Shown: in pieces, positions 51,300 to 61,067 of the stretch
Numbering within the stretch: position 1 is the first letter of the stretch
How the letters are laid out: each line of letters begins with the position of its first letter
DNA from: an uncultured bacterium
GTDB taxonomy: Bacteria; Krumholzibacteriota; Krumholzibacteriia; LZORAL124-64-63
Direction of reading: 5' to 3'
NCBI GenBank assembly: GCA_963727525.1
Contig: CAVSGO010000005.1
Coordinates: forward strand, 608,001 to 672,000
DNA: 64,000 bases
Notes under the pieces: generated by a model
Told to the model about the DNA's origin: nothing
Databases searched by the model: none
The model's input: the letters and a program-made list of their open reading frames with translations, nothing else
Translations under genes and position numbers: made by a program

Positions 51300-52193
51300 G
51301 TGAATCCCGGATCCTGGCTCGCCGCACTGGCTGCGATCGCCAAGGCCCCCCACCCCCCGCGGCCCTGGCGCGACGGCACCCAGTTGCCGTGGCACGAGCC
51401 GGAGTTCAGCGCGCGAGTGCTTCCCATCCATCTGGATCCCGAGACTCACATGGCCAGCCGGAGCGCAGACGTGGTGTCGCAGCACGTCGCCTGGTTGCGT
51501 CGCGTCGCCACCGACCGCCTGCCCGGCACTCCTGCGCCCCATGTCGTCGACCTCGGCTGCGGCCCCGGCCTCTACTGCCATGCTCTCGCCCGTGCCGGCT
51601 GGCCAACCACCGGCCTCGACTTCTCGCCGGCCGCCCTCGCCCACGCGCGCGCCGTGGCGGACGCCGAGCACCTGAGCTGCGCGTTCCGCCACGCCGATCT
51701 CACAACGTTTCGGCAGGACGATCTCGCCGATCGGCCGGCGGCGGACATCGTCACCTTCTGGTTCGGCGAGTTCCACAGCTTCCGGCCGGCGATCGCGCAG
51801 CGGTTGCTGGACACCGTCGCCGCGATGCTGCGGCCCGGCGGGCTCTTCGTGCTCGAATACCAGCCCTACGGCCTTTTCGAACAGGAGGACGCGCAGGAGT
51901 GGGATGCCCTCGCGAGTTCGGTCTTCTGCGACCGCCCCCACCTCTGGCTCCAGGAACACGCCTGGGACGCCGACGACCAGGCGGAGATCACCGTACACTG
52001 GATCATCGAGGCCGAGACCGGCCGCCTGCAGCGATACGCCCAGTGCCACCAGGCCTACGCCGACGGCATCCTCGAGGACATGCTCGCTGCGGCCGGTCTG
52101 CACGAGGATAGCCGGTACGGCCCCATCACGGGTGTCGATCCGGGTTTCGAGTTTCCGATGCTGATCACGCGACGCGAGGGTGGAGCCGTCTAG
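51300..52193 (+). CDS. Class I SAM-dependent methyltransferase
   Basis: VDLGCGPGLY, GLDFS and LRPGG motifs; GTG start inferred. Confidence 0.9.
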   Translation: MNPGSWLAALAAIAKAPHPPRPWRDGTQLPWHEPEFSARVLPIHLDPETHMASRSADVVSQHVAWLRRVATDRLPGTPAPHVVDLGCGPGLYCHALARAGWPTTGLDFSPAALAHARAVADAEHLSCAFRHADLTTFRQDDLADRPAADIVTFWFGEFHSFRPAIAQRLLDTVAAMLRPGGLFVLEYQPYGLFEQEDAQEWDALASSVFCDRPHLWLQEHAWDADDQAEITVHWIIEAETGRLQRYAQCHQAYADGILEDMLAAAGLHEDSRYGPITGVDPGFEFPMLITRREGGAV

Positions 52194-52645
52194 CTGGGGG
52201 GCGGAACGGTTTGTCTCCACCCATCGCGTCGGTCGACCGAGAAGCTCCGCGGCGGCGGCACCGCGCGAGGAGATCCTGGATACCCTCGCCCTGGTATTCG
52301 CAATGCCGCCGCCGCGCCCGCCTGCTACACGCGGAGCTACGGCAAAAGGCGTACCAACGTGCGCGACGTTCATGAATCACTCAAGTGACACCATGACAAC
52401 ATGATGCAGGAACCGTCGACAGGGCCCGACCCCAGGACCGTCAACTCCAGGTGACGGCCCCGCGCGACGGATGCGTCAACCGCCTGGGGCACGGGAAGTT
52501 GACGGCGTCGCCTGCGGATGACGGCGGTGGTTGGTCCCACCGCTCTGAGTCCGTAACGTCAACCGGGGACGTCAGCATGTCCCCCGGGATCCTGCCGCGG
52601 ACCCGGATGCGGTCCGCCTCGGTTTTTCGCCAATGGGGGTCGACC

Positions 52646-55600
52646 ATGTCACGCATACGGGCCATACCGGCGCGGTTCGCCGTATGTCTGTTCGCGATCG
52701 CCGCGAGCGCAGCCGCCGTCGGCGCCAGCTCGTCACCACTGTCCACGAGCGTCGTCGCGGCGCTTGCCGACGCCGACCGCGACGTCTGGCGCACCGACGG
52801 GCGCCTCACGATCTGGGTCTTCTTCGACGGCAAGGATCTCGCGGGCGCCGCACTGTCGCGGGCGCTGGCCGGCGCGGAGTCGGCCCTCACCGACCGCACT
52901 GCACGTCGGCGCGCCAAGATGGTACCGAAGGGCGCCTCGCTCGTGGACTGGAGCGATCTGCCCGTGTCGCCCGTACGCGTCGCCGCGGTGGCGGCGACCG
53001 GCGCGGAACTGCGGGTCCGCAGCCGCTGGCTCGATGCGGTCAGCTGCCTGGCGACAGCCACCCAGGTCCGCGCGATCGCCGCGCTGCCCGGCGTGCGCCG
53101 GGTGAGCCTCGTGGGACGGAGCACCACGTTGCGCGCGGACGCAACGCGGTCCCTCGACATCGAGGCCCTGCCGACGAGCGACGCCTGGTCACTGGACTAC
53201 GGCGCCAGCCTCGCCACGCTGGAGCAGATCAACGTGCCGCTCGTGCACGAGCGGGGCTACACGGGACACGGAGTACTGATCGGCATGCTCGACACCGGCT
53301 TCGACGTCACCCACGTCGCCTTCTCGCATCTCACCGTGGTCGCCGCACACGACTTCGTGAACGACGACGACATCGTGGCCGACGAGCCCGGCGACCCCAT
53401 CGAGCAGGACTCGCACGGCACCAAGGTCCTCTCGGCGATCGCGGGTTTCGCGCCCGGCCATCTCGTAGGACCGGCATATCGGGCTTCGTACGTCCTCGCC
53501 AAGGCCGAACAAAGCGGCGTGGAGGAACCTTTCGAGGAAGACTGGTGGGTCGCCGGCATCGAATGGGCGGAGACCCAGGGCGTCGATGTCGTCTCGAGCA
53601 GCCTAGGCTACTGGCAGTTTCACCAGTTCGAAGAACTCGACGGTGACACCGCACCGTCGACGATCGCGGGCGATCGCGCGGCCGCCCATGGCATCGTCGT
53701 CTGCAATGCGTGCGGCAATTTCCGCAACACCGAATATCAGCACATCTGCGCCCCCGCCGACGGCGACAGCGTGATCGCCGTGGGTGCCGTGGACTCCGTG
53801 GGACTCTGCGCGGACTTCTCGTCGCCAGGCCCCAGCTACGACGGTCGCATCAAGCCAGACGTCACGGCCCGGGGAGTTCGCGTACCCGTCGTGAACCCGC
53901 AGGACGACGTCTCCTACGACGCGACCGGTGGTACCTCCCTCAGCGGCCCGCTCGTGGCCGGGGTCGCCGCCCTCCTGCTCGAGCGGCTGCCCGGCCTCAC
54001 GCCCATGCAAGTGCGCGACGCGCTGCGCGAGACCGCGAACCATGCCGGGAATCCCGACAACGACTACGGCTGGGGAATCGTCGACGCCGACGCCGCTCTC
54101 CGCTACTGGGGCCCCGACATCGCCCACACGCCCCTGGGCATCACCGACGACACCGTCGGCCCCTACACCATCGTCAGCGCCATCACCGATCGGTTCGACG
54201 TCGATCCATCCCAGGCCTTCCTGCACTACCGCATCAACGGCGGTACCTGGCAGACGTTGGCCCTGACGCACGTCAGCGGCACGCGCTTCGATGGGTCCAT
54301 TCCGGGTCAACCCTACGTCAGTCTCGTGGAATATTACCTCGAGGCCGGCGACAACCAGGGCTGGGTGACGACGCTGCCCGGGCGTGGCCCCGACGCGCCA
54401 TACGCCTTCGAGGTGAGTCCCGACACCACGCCGCCCATGCTCACGCATGCGCCGCTCGCAGACATGTACATCGGCCTGTGGCCACCCCTGGTCACGGCCA
54501 CGGCCACGGACGACCGTGGCGTCGATCGCGTCGAGCTACGCTTCCACATCAACGACGGCGACGAGCAAGGGCCATTCTCGCTGCCCGAGGGAGCGGACAG
54601 CACGTATACGCTCGCGTTTCCGCTGGCGACCGGCGCACTCCAGGAGGACGACCGGATCACCTACACCCTCACCGCCGTCGACATCTCCTTGAACGGGAAC
54701 GCGACGAGCACCGATCCCGTCGCGTTCACGGTGTTCGGGGCCGGCGACGGACTGGTGCTGCTCATCGACGATGCTCCGGACGGCAGCGCCTCGCTCATCG
54801 CCGATCGGCTCGCCGGCCTCGGCTATCACCTCACCTGGCGCGGCCCATCCGAGGTGACGGCCTCGGATCTGGGATACCAGGCGCTCGCGATCCTCGCCAG
54901 CGGTATCAACCTGACACCGGCGAGCGATCCCGCCCTGCGGGCCTTGCTGGCAGGCTGGATGGCGGATGGCGGGCGCCTCCTGGTCGAGGGCGGAGAGATC
55001 GGCTACCGCGCCACCCACATGGGAAGCTTCGGCACCTTTGCGGCCGACGTGCTGCACTGCAGCGGCTGGGCCGGCGACTGTGGCGGCGCGCTGACCGTGC
55101 CCGCCGGGCAAGATCCGCATCCGCTGCTACAGACGCCCCATGCCATCTCGCTGCCGCTCGCGATCGATTGCGTCGACTACGATGCGCAGGACTGCGTCAC
55201 GCCGGCCGGCGACGCCGTGGGCGCGCTGGTGCCGGCGAATTTCCCTGCGGCGGCCGGACTCGTGGTGTACGACGACAATCCGAAACCCGAGGCGGTACAG
55301 CTGGTCTATCTACCCTTCGCGCTGGGCTCCCTGGCCGACCCGGACCAGGCCGGCGACCTGATCGAGAACGCGGTCGTCCTTCTCCTTGCCGAGGAACTCC
55401 CGGCCACCGCGACGATCGCCGGCACGGCACGCATGTCCAGCGAGAGCGACAACGCGGGCATCACCGTGATGGCCGGCTCCCTCACGACGACGACGACGAC
55501 CGACGGCAGCTACCTGCTCGGACCGCTCTTCGCGGGCACGTACGTCGTCACGGCCTCCCATGAAGGCTACACGACGCTGCAGACCGAGGTGACGCTCACG

Positions 55601-56362
55601 AGCGGCCAGCAACTCGCCGGCATCGATTTCCTCCTGCCGCGAACGTTCACCGAGCAGTACCGCGCGCAGCCGATCGCGCCCATTCCCGATGGCGATCCCG
55701 AAGGGCTCACGAGCATCATCTCCGTGCCCCCCGGTGGCCAGCACGGCTTCGACAGCCCCATTCTCGACGTGTCCATCGACATCGATCTCGGGCACCCGTC
55801 GATCAGCCAGCTCGCAGTCACGCTCACGAGCCCCGCCGGCACGCAGGTGACGCTCCACGATCACTCCGGCGGCGAGACGCACAACCTGCACGGCAACTGG
55901 CCCCACACGTTGACGGTGGATGGCCCGGGTAGCCTCGACGACGTCCAGGGCGAGAGCATCGCCGGCGACTGGGTGCTGCACGTGGTGGACACGATCCCGA
56001 CCGGGGCGGGCACGCTCTACTCCTGGTACCTGAATTGTCTGATGCAGCTGCCGCCGGTGGGCGTGGTAGCCAGCGCCCTTCCTGCCGCGACATGCCTGGC
56101 CGGCAACGCGCCGAATCCGTTCAATCCGCGCACGACGTTGCGCCTGGAACTGGCCAGGCCCGGCCCAGTGGAGCTGGCGATCTTCGACCTGCGAGGCCGC
56201 CTTCTGCGCCATCTCGTGGACGGCGCGCTGCCGGCGGGATACCACGACGTGGTGTGGCAGGGCGACGATGACGCTGGCCGCGCCCTGAGCAGCGGCGTGT
56301 ACCTCGCGCGTCTGCGTGCCGACGGCGCGGTGCAGAGTCGCAAGATGCTGCTTGTGCGATGA
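52646..56362 (+). CDS. Secreted S8 serine peptidase with Ig-like, P-domain and FlgD-Ig domains (paralog of 31107-34793)
   Basis: Signal peptide at MSRIRA; LDTG, HGT and GGTSLS triad; IKPDV; PNPFNP tail. Confidence 0.93.
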   Translation: MSRIRAIPARFAVCLFAIAASAAAVGASSSPLSTSVVAALADADRDVWRTDGRLTIWVFFDGKDLAGAALSRALAGAESALTDRTARRRAKMVPKGASLVDWSDLPVSPVRVAAVAATGAELRVRSRWLDAVSCLATATQVRAIAALPGVRRVSLVGRSTTLRADATRSLDIEALPTSDAWSLDYGASLATLEQINVPLVHERGYTGHGVLIGMLDTGFDVTHVAFSHLTVVAAHDFVNDDDIVADEPGDPIEQDSHGTKVLSAIAGFAPGHLVGPAYRASYVLAKAEQSGVEEPFEEDWWVAGIEWAETQGVDVVSSSLGYWQFHQFEELDGDTAPSTIAGDRAAAHGIVVCNACGNFRNTEYQHICAPADGDSVIAVGAVDSVGLCADFSSPGPSYDGRIKPDVTARGVRVPVVNPQDDVSYDATGGTSLSGPLVAGVAALLLERLPGLTPMQVRDALRETANHAGNPDNDYGWGIVDADAALRYWGPDIAHTPLGITDDTVGPYTIVSAITDRFDVDPSQAFLHYRINGGTWQTLALTHVSGTRFDGSIPGQPYVSLVEYYLEAGDNQGWVTTLPGRGPDAPYAFEVSPDTTPPMLTHAPLADMYIGLWPPLVTATATDDRGVDRVELRFHINDGDEQGPFSLPEGADSTYTLAFPLATGALQEDDRITYTLTAVDISLNGNATSTDPVAFTVFGAGDGLVLLIDDAPDGSASLIADRLAGLGYHLTWRGPSEVTASDLGYQALAILASGINLTPASDPALRALLAGWMADGGRLLVEGGEIGYRATHMGSFGTFAADVLHCSGWAGDCGGALTVPAGQDPHPLLQTPHAISLPLAIDCVDYDAQDCVTPAGDAVGALVPANFPAAAGLVVYDDNPKPEAVQLVYLPFALGSLADPDQAGDLIENAVVLLLAEELPATATIAGTARMSSESDNAGITVMAGSLTTTTTTDGSYLLGPLFAGTYVVTASHEGYTTLQTEVTLTSGQQLAGIDFLLPRTFTEQYRAQPIAPIPDGDPEGLTSIISVPPGGQHGFDSPILDVSIDIDLGHPSISQLAVTLTSPAGTQVTLHDHSGGETHNLHGNWPHTLTVDGPGSLDDVQGESIAGDWVLHVVDTIPTGAGTLYSWYLNCLMQLPPVGVVASALPAATCLAGNAPNPFNPRTTLRLELARPGPVELAIFDLRGRLLRHLVDGALPAGYHDVVWQGDDDAGRALSSGVYLARLRADGAVQSRKMLLVR

Positions 56363-56384
56363 ACGTGCGTGGACCGCGCCGACC

Positions 56385-57302
56385 TCAGGAACGCGCCCGC
56401 AGCGCGTCGTGGAGGGCGCGCACCTTGCGCACGTCGTCCCACGTGTCGCGCTTGTGGTGCTCGTTGCGCAGGAGCGCGGCGGGATGGTAGGTGGCCATGA
56501 CCGGGATGCCGCCGTAGAAGTGCACGGCGCGGCGCAACGCCCCGAGCGAGGCGCTCGTGCCGAGCAGGGTCTGGGTCGCGATGCGGCCCAGGCAAAGAAT
56601 GAGCCGTGGTTCGAGGATGGCGAGCTGACGCTTCAGGTACGGCTCGCAGCTGGCAACCTCCTCGGCTTCGGGGTCGCGGTTGTTCGGCGGCCGGCACTTG
56701 AGGATGTTGCAGATGTAGACGTCGTCGCGCGCGAAGTCGACGGCGGCGAGGATCTTCGTCAGGAGCTGACCGCTACGGCCCACGAACGGCAATCCCTGCA
56801 GGTCCTCGTCGCGACCCGGCGCCTCTCCGATGAGCACGAGGTCGGCCTCGGGATTGCCGGCCCCGAACACCGTCTGCGTGCGGTCGGTATGCAGCTTGCA
56901 GCGCGTGCACGGCGACACCTCGCGCGCCAGCGCGGCGAGGGCCGCGACCTTCTCCTCGCGGGTACGCGGTGCAGGCGGCGGCTGCGGGCCGGGCTCGGCA
57001 TCGGCCGGCGACGACGCGAAGATGTCGGATTGCGCCAGCGTCGGCGCCGGGGCCTCGCGCGTGACGTCGATGGCCGCGAGACTCTCGCTCACGAAGCGTT
57101 CGCACTCGCGCTGGAATGCCTCGTCGCGGGCGGGTTTCGGAGCGTCGGCCGTTGCGGCCGGGGCCGGGGCCTCCGCGATCGCCGGCTCCCTGGTCGGCGC
57201 CACGCCGGCCTCCAGCAACATCCAGTCGGGTCCGCGACCGGAGAGCTGTCCGAGGTAGCGCACGAGATCGTCGCGCAGGCTGTCGAGGGAATCGCCCGTC
57301 AC
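56385..57302 (-). CDS. Uracil-DNA glycosylase family 4 (Fe-S) with N-terminal extension
   Basis: CTRC, GEAPG, PFVGRSG, NILKCRPP and TYHPAALLR; GTG start overlapping the coaBC stop. Confidence 0.93.
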   Translation of the reverse strand: MTGDSLDSLRDDLVRYLGQLSGRGPDWMLLEAGVAPTREPAIAEAPAPAATADAPKPARDEAFQRECERFVSESLAAIDVTREAPAPTLAQSDIFASSPADAEPGPQPPPAPRTREEKVAALAALAREVSPCTRCKLHTDRTQTVFGAGNPEADLVLIGEAPGRDEDLQGLPFVGRSGQLLTKILAAVDFARDDVYICNILKCRPPNNRDPEAEEVASCEPYLKRQLAILEPRLILCLGRIATQTLLGTSASLGALRRAVHFYGGIPVMATYHPAALLRNEHHKRDTWDDVRKVRALHDALRARS

Positions 57303-58543
57303 GCGCGCGCCTTTCCGGTCGACTCGGCCGCGGCCACGCGCGCGAGGATCTCGCCGGCGAGCACGTCCTTGGGCATGGGCTCGGCGTTGCTCCACACCTC
57401 GCCCTGCGGCCCGAGCAGCACCACCTGGTGCGGCGCGTCGCCGAAACCGGCCCCATTGCCCACGACATAGTCGAGCCGCTTGGCGCGGCGCTTCGCCTCG
57501 GCGCGGGCGCGCAGGTCGTCGGTCTCCAGGGCGAAACCCACCACGCGGCAGCCAGCCGGCCGATGCGCGGCGACCACGTCGCCCAGCACGTCGGGCGTGC
57601 GCACCAGCTCGAGCGTCCACACGTCGCCGACCGTGTCCTTCTTGATCTTGGCGTCCTGCGGTTCACGCGGGGTGAAATCGGCGACTGCCGCGGCCATGAC
57701 GAGCCAGTCGCAACCGGCGTCGAGGGCCGCGCCCACGGCGGTCGCCATCTCGGCAGCCGCGGTCACCCGGCTCACGCGCGCCAGACCGGCGGGCACCTCG
57801 AGGCTTGTGGGGCCCGTGATCAGCGTGACCTCGGCGCCGAGTTGCACGGCGCGCCGCGCCAGCGCGTAACCGAACACGCCGGTCGAGCGATTGCCGAGGA
57901 AGCGAACCGGATCGACGGCTTCGTGAGTCGGCCCGGCGGTGACGACCACGCGGCGTCCGCTCCAGAATCCGTCGGCGAGGGTGGCCGCCCCGGCCAGCAC
58001 CTCGTGCACGCGCGTCGCGATGAGCGGCGGCTCGGCCATGCGCCCCACGCTCACCGTACCGCAAGCCAGGAAGCCGCTGTCCGGCTCCACCACGTGCACA
58101 CCGCGGCCACGCAGCGTGGCGAGGTTGGCCTGAGTGGCGGCGTGGCGCCACATGTTGTCGTTCATCGCGGGGGCCGCCACCACGGGCCCGGGGTGGGCCA
58201 GCAGCAGCGTGGAGACGATGTCGTCGGCGATGCCGTGGGCGAGCTTGGCCAGGATGTTGGCCGTGGCCGGCGCGACCACCGCCACGTCGGCCCAGCGCGC
58301 ATACTCGATGTGATCGAGGGCCTGGCTCTGCCCCTCGCCCCAGAGATCGGTGGCCACGGGGTTTTCCGAGAGCACCTGGAAGGTCATCGGCGTGACGAAA
58401 CGCTGTGCGGCCTCCGTCATGGCCACCTTGACGGAAAGACCCGCCTGTTTCAGCAGGCGGGTCAAGACACAGGCCTTGTAAGCGGCGATACCACCGGACA
58501 CCAGGAGTAGGACGTTGCCGAGCGGCACGTCGCCTTGCGCCAT
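57299..58543 (-). CDS. coaBC: Phosphopantothenoylcysteine decarboxylase/ligase
   Basis: GGIAAYK, APATAN, APAMN, LACG, TAGPT.E..DPVRF..NRSTG, AAVADF and VGFALET. Confidence 0.97.
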   Translation of the reverse strand: MAQGDVPLGNVLLLVSGGIAAYKACVLTRLLKQAGLSVKVAMTEAAQRFVTPMTFQVLSENPVATDLWGEGQSQALDHIEYARWADVAVVAPATANILAKLAHGIADDIVSTLLLAHPGPVVAAPAMNDNMWRHAATQANLATLRGRGVHVVEPDSGFLACGTVSVGRMAEPPLIATRVHEVLAGAATLADGFWSGRRVVVTAGPTHEAVDPVRFLGNRSTGVFGYALARRAVQLGAEVTLITGPTSLEVPAGLARVSRVTAAAEMATAVGAALDAGCDWLVMAAAVADFTPREPQDAKIKKDTVGDVWTLELVRTPDVLGDVVAAHRPAGCRVVGFALETDDLRARAEAKRRAKRLDYVVGNGAGFGDAPHQVVLLGPQGEVWSNAEPMPKDVLAGEILARVAAAESTGKARA

Positions 58544-58549
58544 GGTCCG

Positions 58550-58798
58550 TTACTCCTTGCCCTGCTGCTCCTGCAGGCGTTCGGCCTTCACCTGCTGCTC
58601 CCGCTCGCGCTTGTCGAAGTAGCTCACCTGACCATCGAGCAGGCGGCTCACGGCCAGACTCGTGATCTTGCCCGGCAGATTGACCGACAGGGTGCGCGCC
58701 CGGGCATTCAGCCGGCGCGCCTCCAGTGACGCTACCCGAATCGCCTCGAACTTGTTGGGAATGAGATCCAGCACCGGCTGACGGGGAATGTAGGTCAT
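58550..58798 (-). CDS. rpoZ: RNA polymerase omega subunit
   Basis: PNKFE...VAS.EARRLN; conserved gmk-rpoZ-coaBC synteny. Confidence 0.85.
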   Translation of the reverse strand: MTYIPRQPVLDLIPNKFEAIRVASLEARRLNARARTLSVNLPGKITSLAVSRLLDGQVSYFDKREREQQVKAERLQEQQGKE

Positions 58799-58892
58799 GA
58801 AACATGCACCTCGTGGAACAACGACGCAAAAACGCGGGGCGACTCGCCCCGGCCAACAGAGCCGATCCAATTTACGGCTTTTTTGCGGAATA

Positions 58893-59531
58893 TCAAGAGC
58901 CGTCCGGGTTTCGGGAGTCGTCGCGCACCAGGTGCGACTCAGCGTGCCCCGACACCGGAGGCCCCGGCAACCGATCCTGCCGGCACCGTTCTGCCGCGAG
59001 GATCGCCCGCAATCGCGCCACGCAGGCGTCTACCTCGTCGTTCACCACCCAGTAAGTGTAGCGGGAGGCGAAGCCCACCTCCCAGCGGGCGTTCTTCAGG
59101 CGAGTGGCGATGACGTCGTCCTGGTCGGTGCCGCGGCCGCGCAGGCGGCGCTCCAGTTCGTCCCACGACGGCGGGTACAGGAAGACCGAGACCACGTCGG
59201 CGCCAAAGCGTTCCAGCACCTGCACGCCGCCCTGCACGTCGATGTCCAGCAATGGGATCTGCCCCGCGGCCTCCATCGCGCGCACGTGTTCCCAGCGCGT
59301 GCCGTAGCGGCGGCCGTGGACGGTAGCCCACTCCACGAACGCGTCGGCGGCCACGAGGCGATCGAAGGTGGCGTCGTCGACGAAGTGGTAGTCGCGTCCC
59401 TCCGCCTCGCCGTCGCGCCTGGGCCGCGTGGTGGTGGACACGGAGAACGCGAGCGCGGGTTCGGCGGCGAGCAGCCGCTGCAACACGGTGCTCTTGCCTG
59501 CGCCCGATGGGCCGGAGATTAGCAGCAGCAT
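58893..59531 (-). CDS. gmk: Guanylate kinase
   Basis: SGPSGAGKST, SVS.TTR.RR.GE..G.DYHF, YGT and DIDVQG. Confidence 0.96.
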   Translation of the reverse strand: MLLLISGPSGAGKSTVLQRLLAAEPALAFSVSTTTRPRRDGEAEGRDYHFVDDATFDRLVAADAFVEWATVHGRRYGTRWEHVRAMEAAGQIPLLDIDVQGGVQVLERFGADVVSVFLYPPSWDELERRLRGRGTDQDDVIATRLKNARWEVGFASRYTYWVVNDEVDACVARLRAILAAERCRQDRLPGPPVSGHAESHLVRDDSRNPDGS

Positions 59532-59532
59532 C

Positions 59533-60414
59533 TCACTCCAGGTTCTGCACTTGTTCCTTGAGCGACTCGACCTCGTCCTTCATCGCGATGACGAGCTGGG
59601 TGATCTCCATGAGGTTGGTCTTGGAACCCATGGTGTTCACCTCGCGATGCATCTCCTGGAGCAGGAAGTTGAGCTGCTTGGCCACCTGCCCCCCCCGGCG
59701 CAAGGCTTCGTCGAAATGCTGCAGGTGGATGCCGAGGCGCTCGCACTCCTCGTTGATGCTCGCCCGATCGGCGATGATCGCCGCCTCCTGAGCCAGGCGC
59801 TGCGGTTCGATTTGCTCCTGGAGCAGAGCCGCAAGTCTCGCCTGGAGCCGCCCATGAGCCTCGGTGGCCGCGCGCGGCAGCAGCAACTGGACGCTGGCCA
59901 GGTGCTCCCGCAACCGCACGACGCGCTGGGCCATCTCCTGCACCAGCTTCTCACCCTCCTGCTGCTTCATCGACTGCAACCCGCCGATCGCCTGGTCGAG
60001 GGCCGTCAGCATCGCCGAGCGCAGGTCGTCCTGCGTGATCGCCTCCGCCGTGGAGGCAAAGAGGTCGGGCACCTGCAACAGGTCGCCCAGACTCACGGCC
60101 TGAGGCGTGCCGGTGAGTGCCGCAAGGCGTGCGGCGAGCCCCTGGAGCTGGCGGATGGCGCCGTCCACGCGTGTAGTGTCGAGGGTGGGCGTGGCCGCGT
60201 CCGGCGCGGTGATGGCCGTGGCGGCCACCGTCACCCGGCCGCGCGCGATGGCGTCCTTCAGGCGTGCACGGATATCGATCTCCAGGAACGCGAGGCTGCT
60301 CGGCAGCTTCAGCGCCACGTCCAGGAATCGGTGGTTGACCGAGCGCAATTCGACGGTGACGGTGATCGGTCCCGCCACGGCCTCGCCGCCGCCGAAACCT
60401 GTCATGCTGAGCAT
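59533..60414 (-). CDS. YicC/YloC family endoribonuclease
   Basis: SMTGFG, ELRSVNHRFLD, FLLQEMHREVNT.GSK and EQVQNLE. Confidence 0.95.
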   Translation of the reverse strand: MLSMTGFGGGEAVAGPITVTVELRSVNHRFLDVALKLPSSLAFLEIDIRARLKDAIARGRVTVAATAITAPDAATPTLDTTRVDGAIRQLQGLAARLAALTGTPQAVSLGDLLQVPDLFASTAEAITQDDLRSAMLTALDQAIGGLQSMKQQEGEKLVQEMAQRVVRLREHLASVQLLLPRAATEAHGRLQARLAALLQEQIEPQRLAQEAAIIADRASINEECERLGIHLQHFDEALRRGGQVAKQLNFLLQEMHREVNTMGSKTNLMEITQLVIAMKDEVESLKEQVQNLE

Positions 60415-60599
60415 CGTCTCACTTCCTCTCTGACCACGGACGAACCCGCCACCGCCCCTCCGGGCGAAGGCTGTTCGCAGTGTAAGCGCCGCCGGCAGGC
60501 GCGGCAAGAACCACGTCGGCATCTGTCGAGTCGCCGGTTGTCGGTGCCCCGGAATGGGTGTAAGTATCGAGCCAGGCCACCCCGCCACGTCGAGGAGAA

Positions 60600-61067
60600 A
60601 TGATGAAGACATCCCTGACACTCACCATCCTGCTGCTGGTCGCCGACACCGCCGCGGCGGCTGGCGTCGGCTACGGACCGCGTCTCGGCTACACGCACGA
60701 CTCGGGACTCGATCAGGCTCATGTCGGCGGGCAGGCCGTGATCGGCGACTTCGGCATGAACGTCGTGGTCATCCCCTCCGTGGAAGTGGGATTCGGCAGC
60801 GAATCCACGCTGCTCGCCATCAACGGCGACGTGGTCTACGATTTCACCGAATTCGCCACCAATCGCTGGGGGTTCTACGCCGGCCTCGGCCTGGCCTTCA
60901 ACCGCTGGGACCTGCCCCACGCCACGAGCACCGACATCGGCATGAATGCCGTGATCGGCACCACGTGGACTCTGCCTAACCTGCGCAACGAATTCTTCGG
61001 CGAGCTACGACTGGGCCTGGAAGACAGTCCCGATTTCAAGCTGACTGTCGGTGTCAACGTCTTCTGA
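60600..61067 (+). CDS. Small outer-membrane beta-barrel protein
   Basis: Signal peptide; about 8 amphipathic strands; terminal Phe; GAGGAG RBS. Confidence 0.75.
   Translation: MMKTSLTLTILLLVADTAAAAGVGYGPRLGYTHDSGLDQAHVGGQAVIGDFGMNVVVIPSVEVGFGSESTLLAINGDVVYDFTEFATNRWGFYAGLGLAFNRWDLPHATSTDIGMNAVIGTTWTLPNLRNEFFGELRLGLEDSPDFKLTVGVNVF

Noticed and set aside
52438-52505. IS200/IS605 end or HEARO/omega-RNA suggested by GTCAAC...GTTGAC
   Set aside because: No tnpA, tnpB or iscB gene nearby; the resemblance is limited to a few bases
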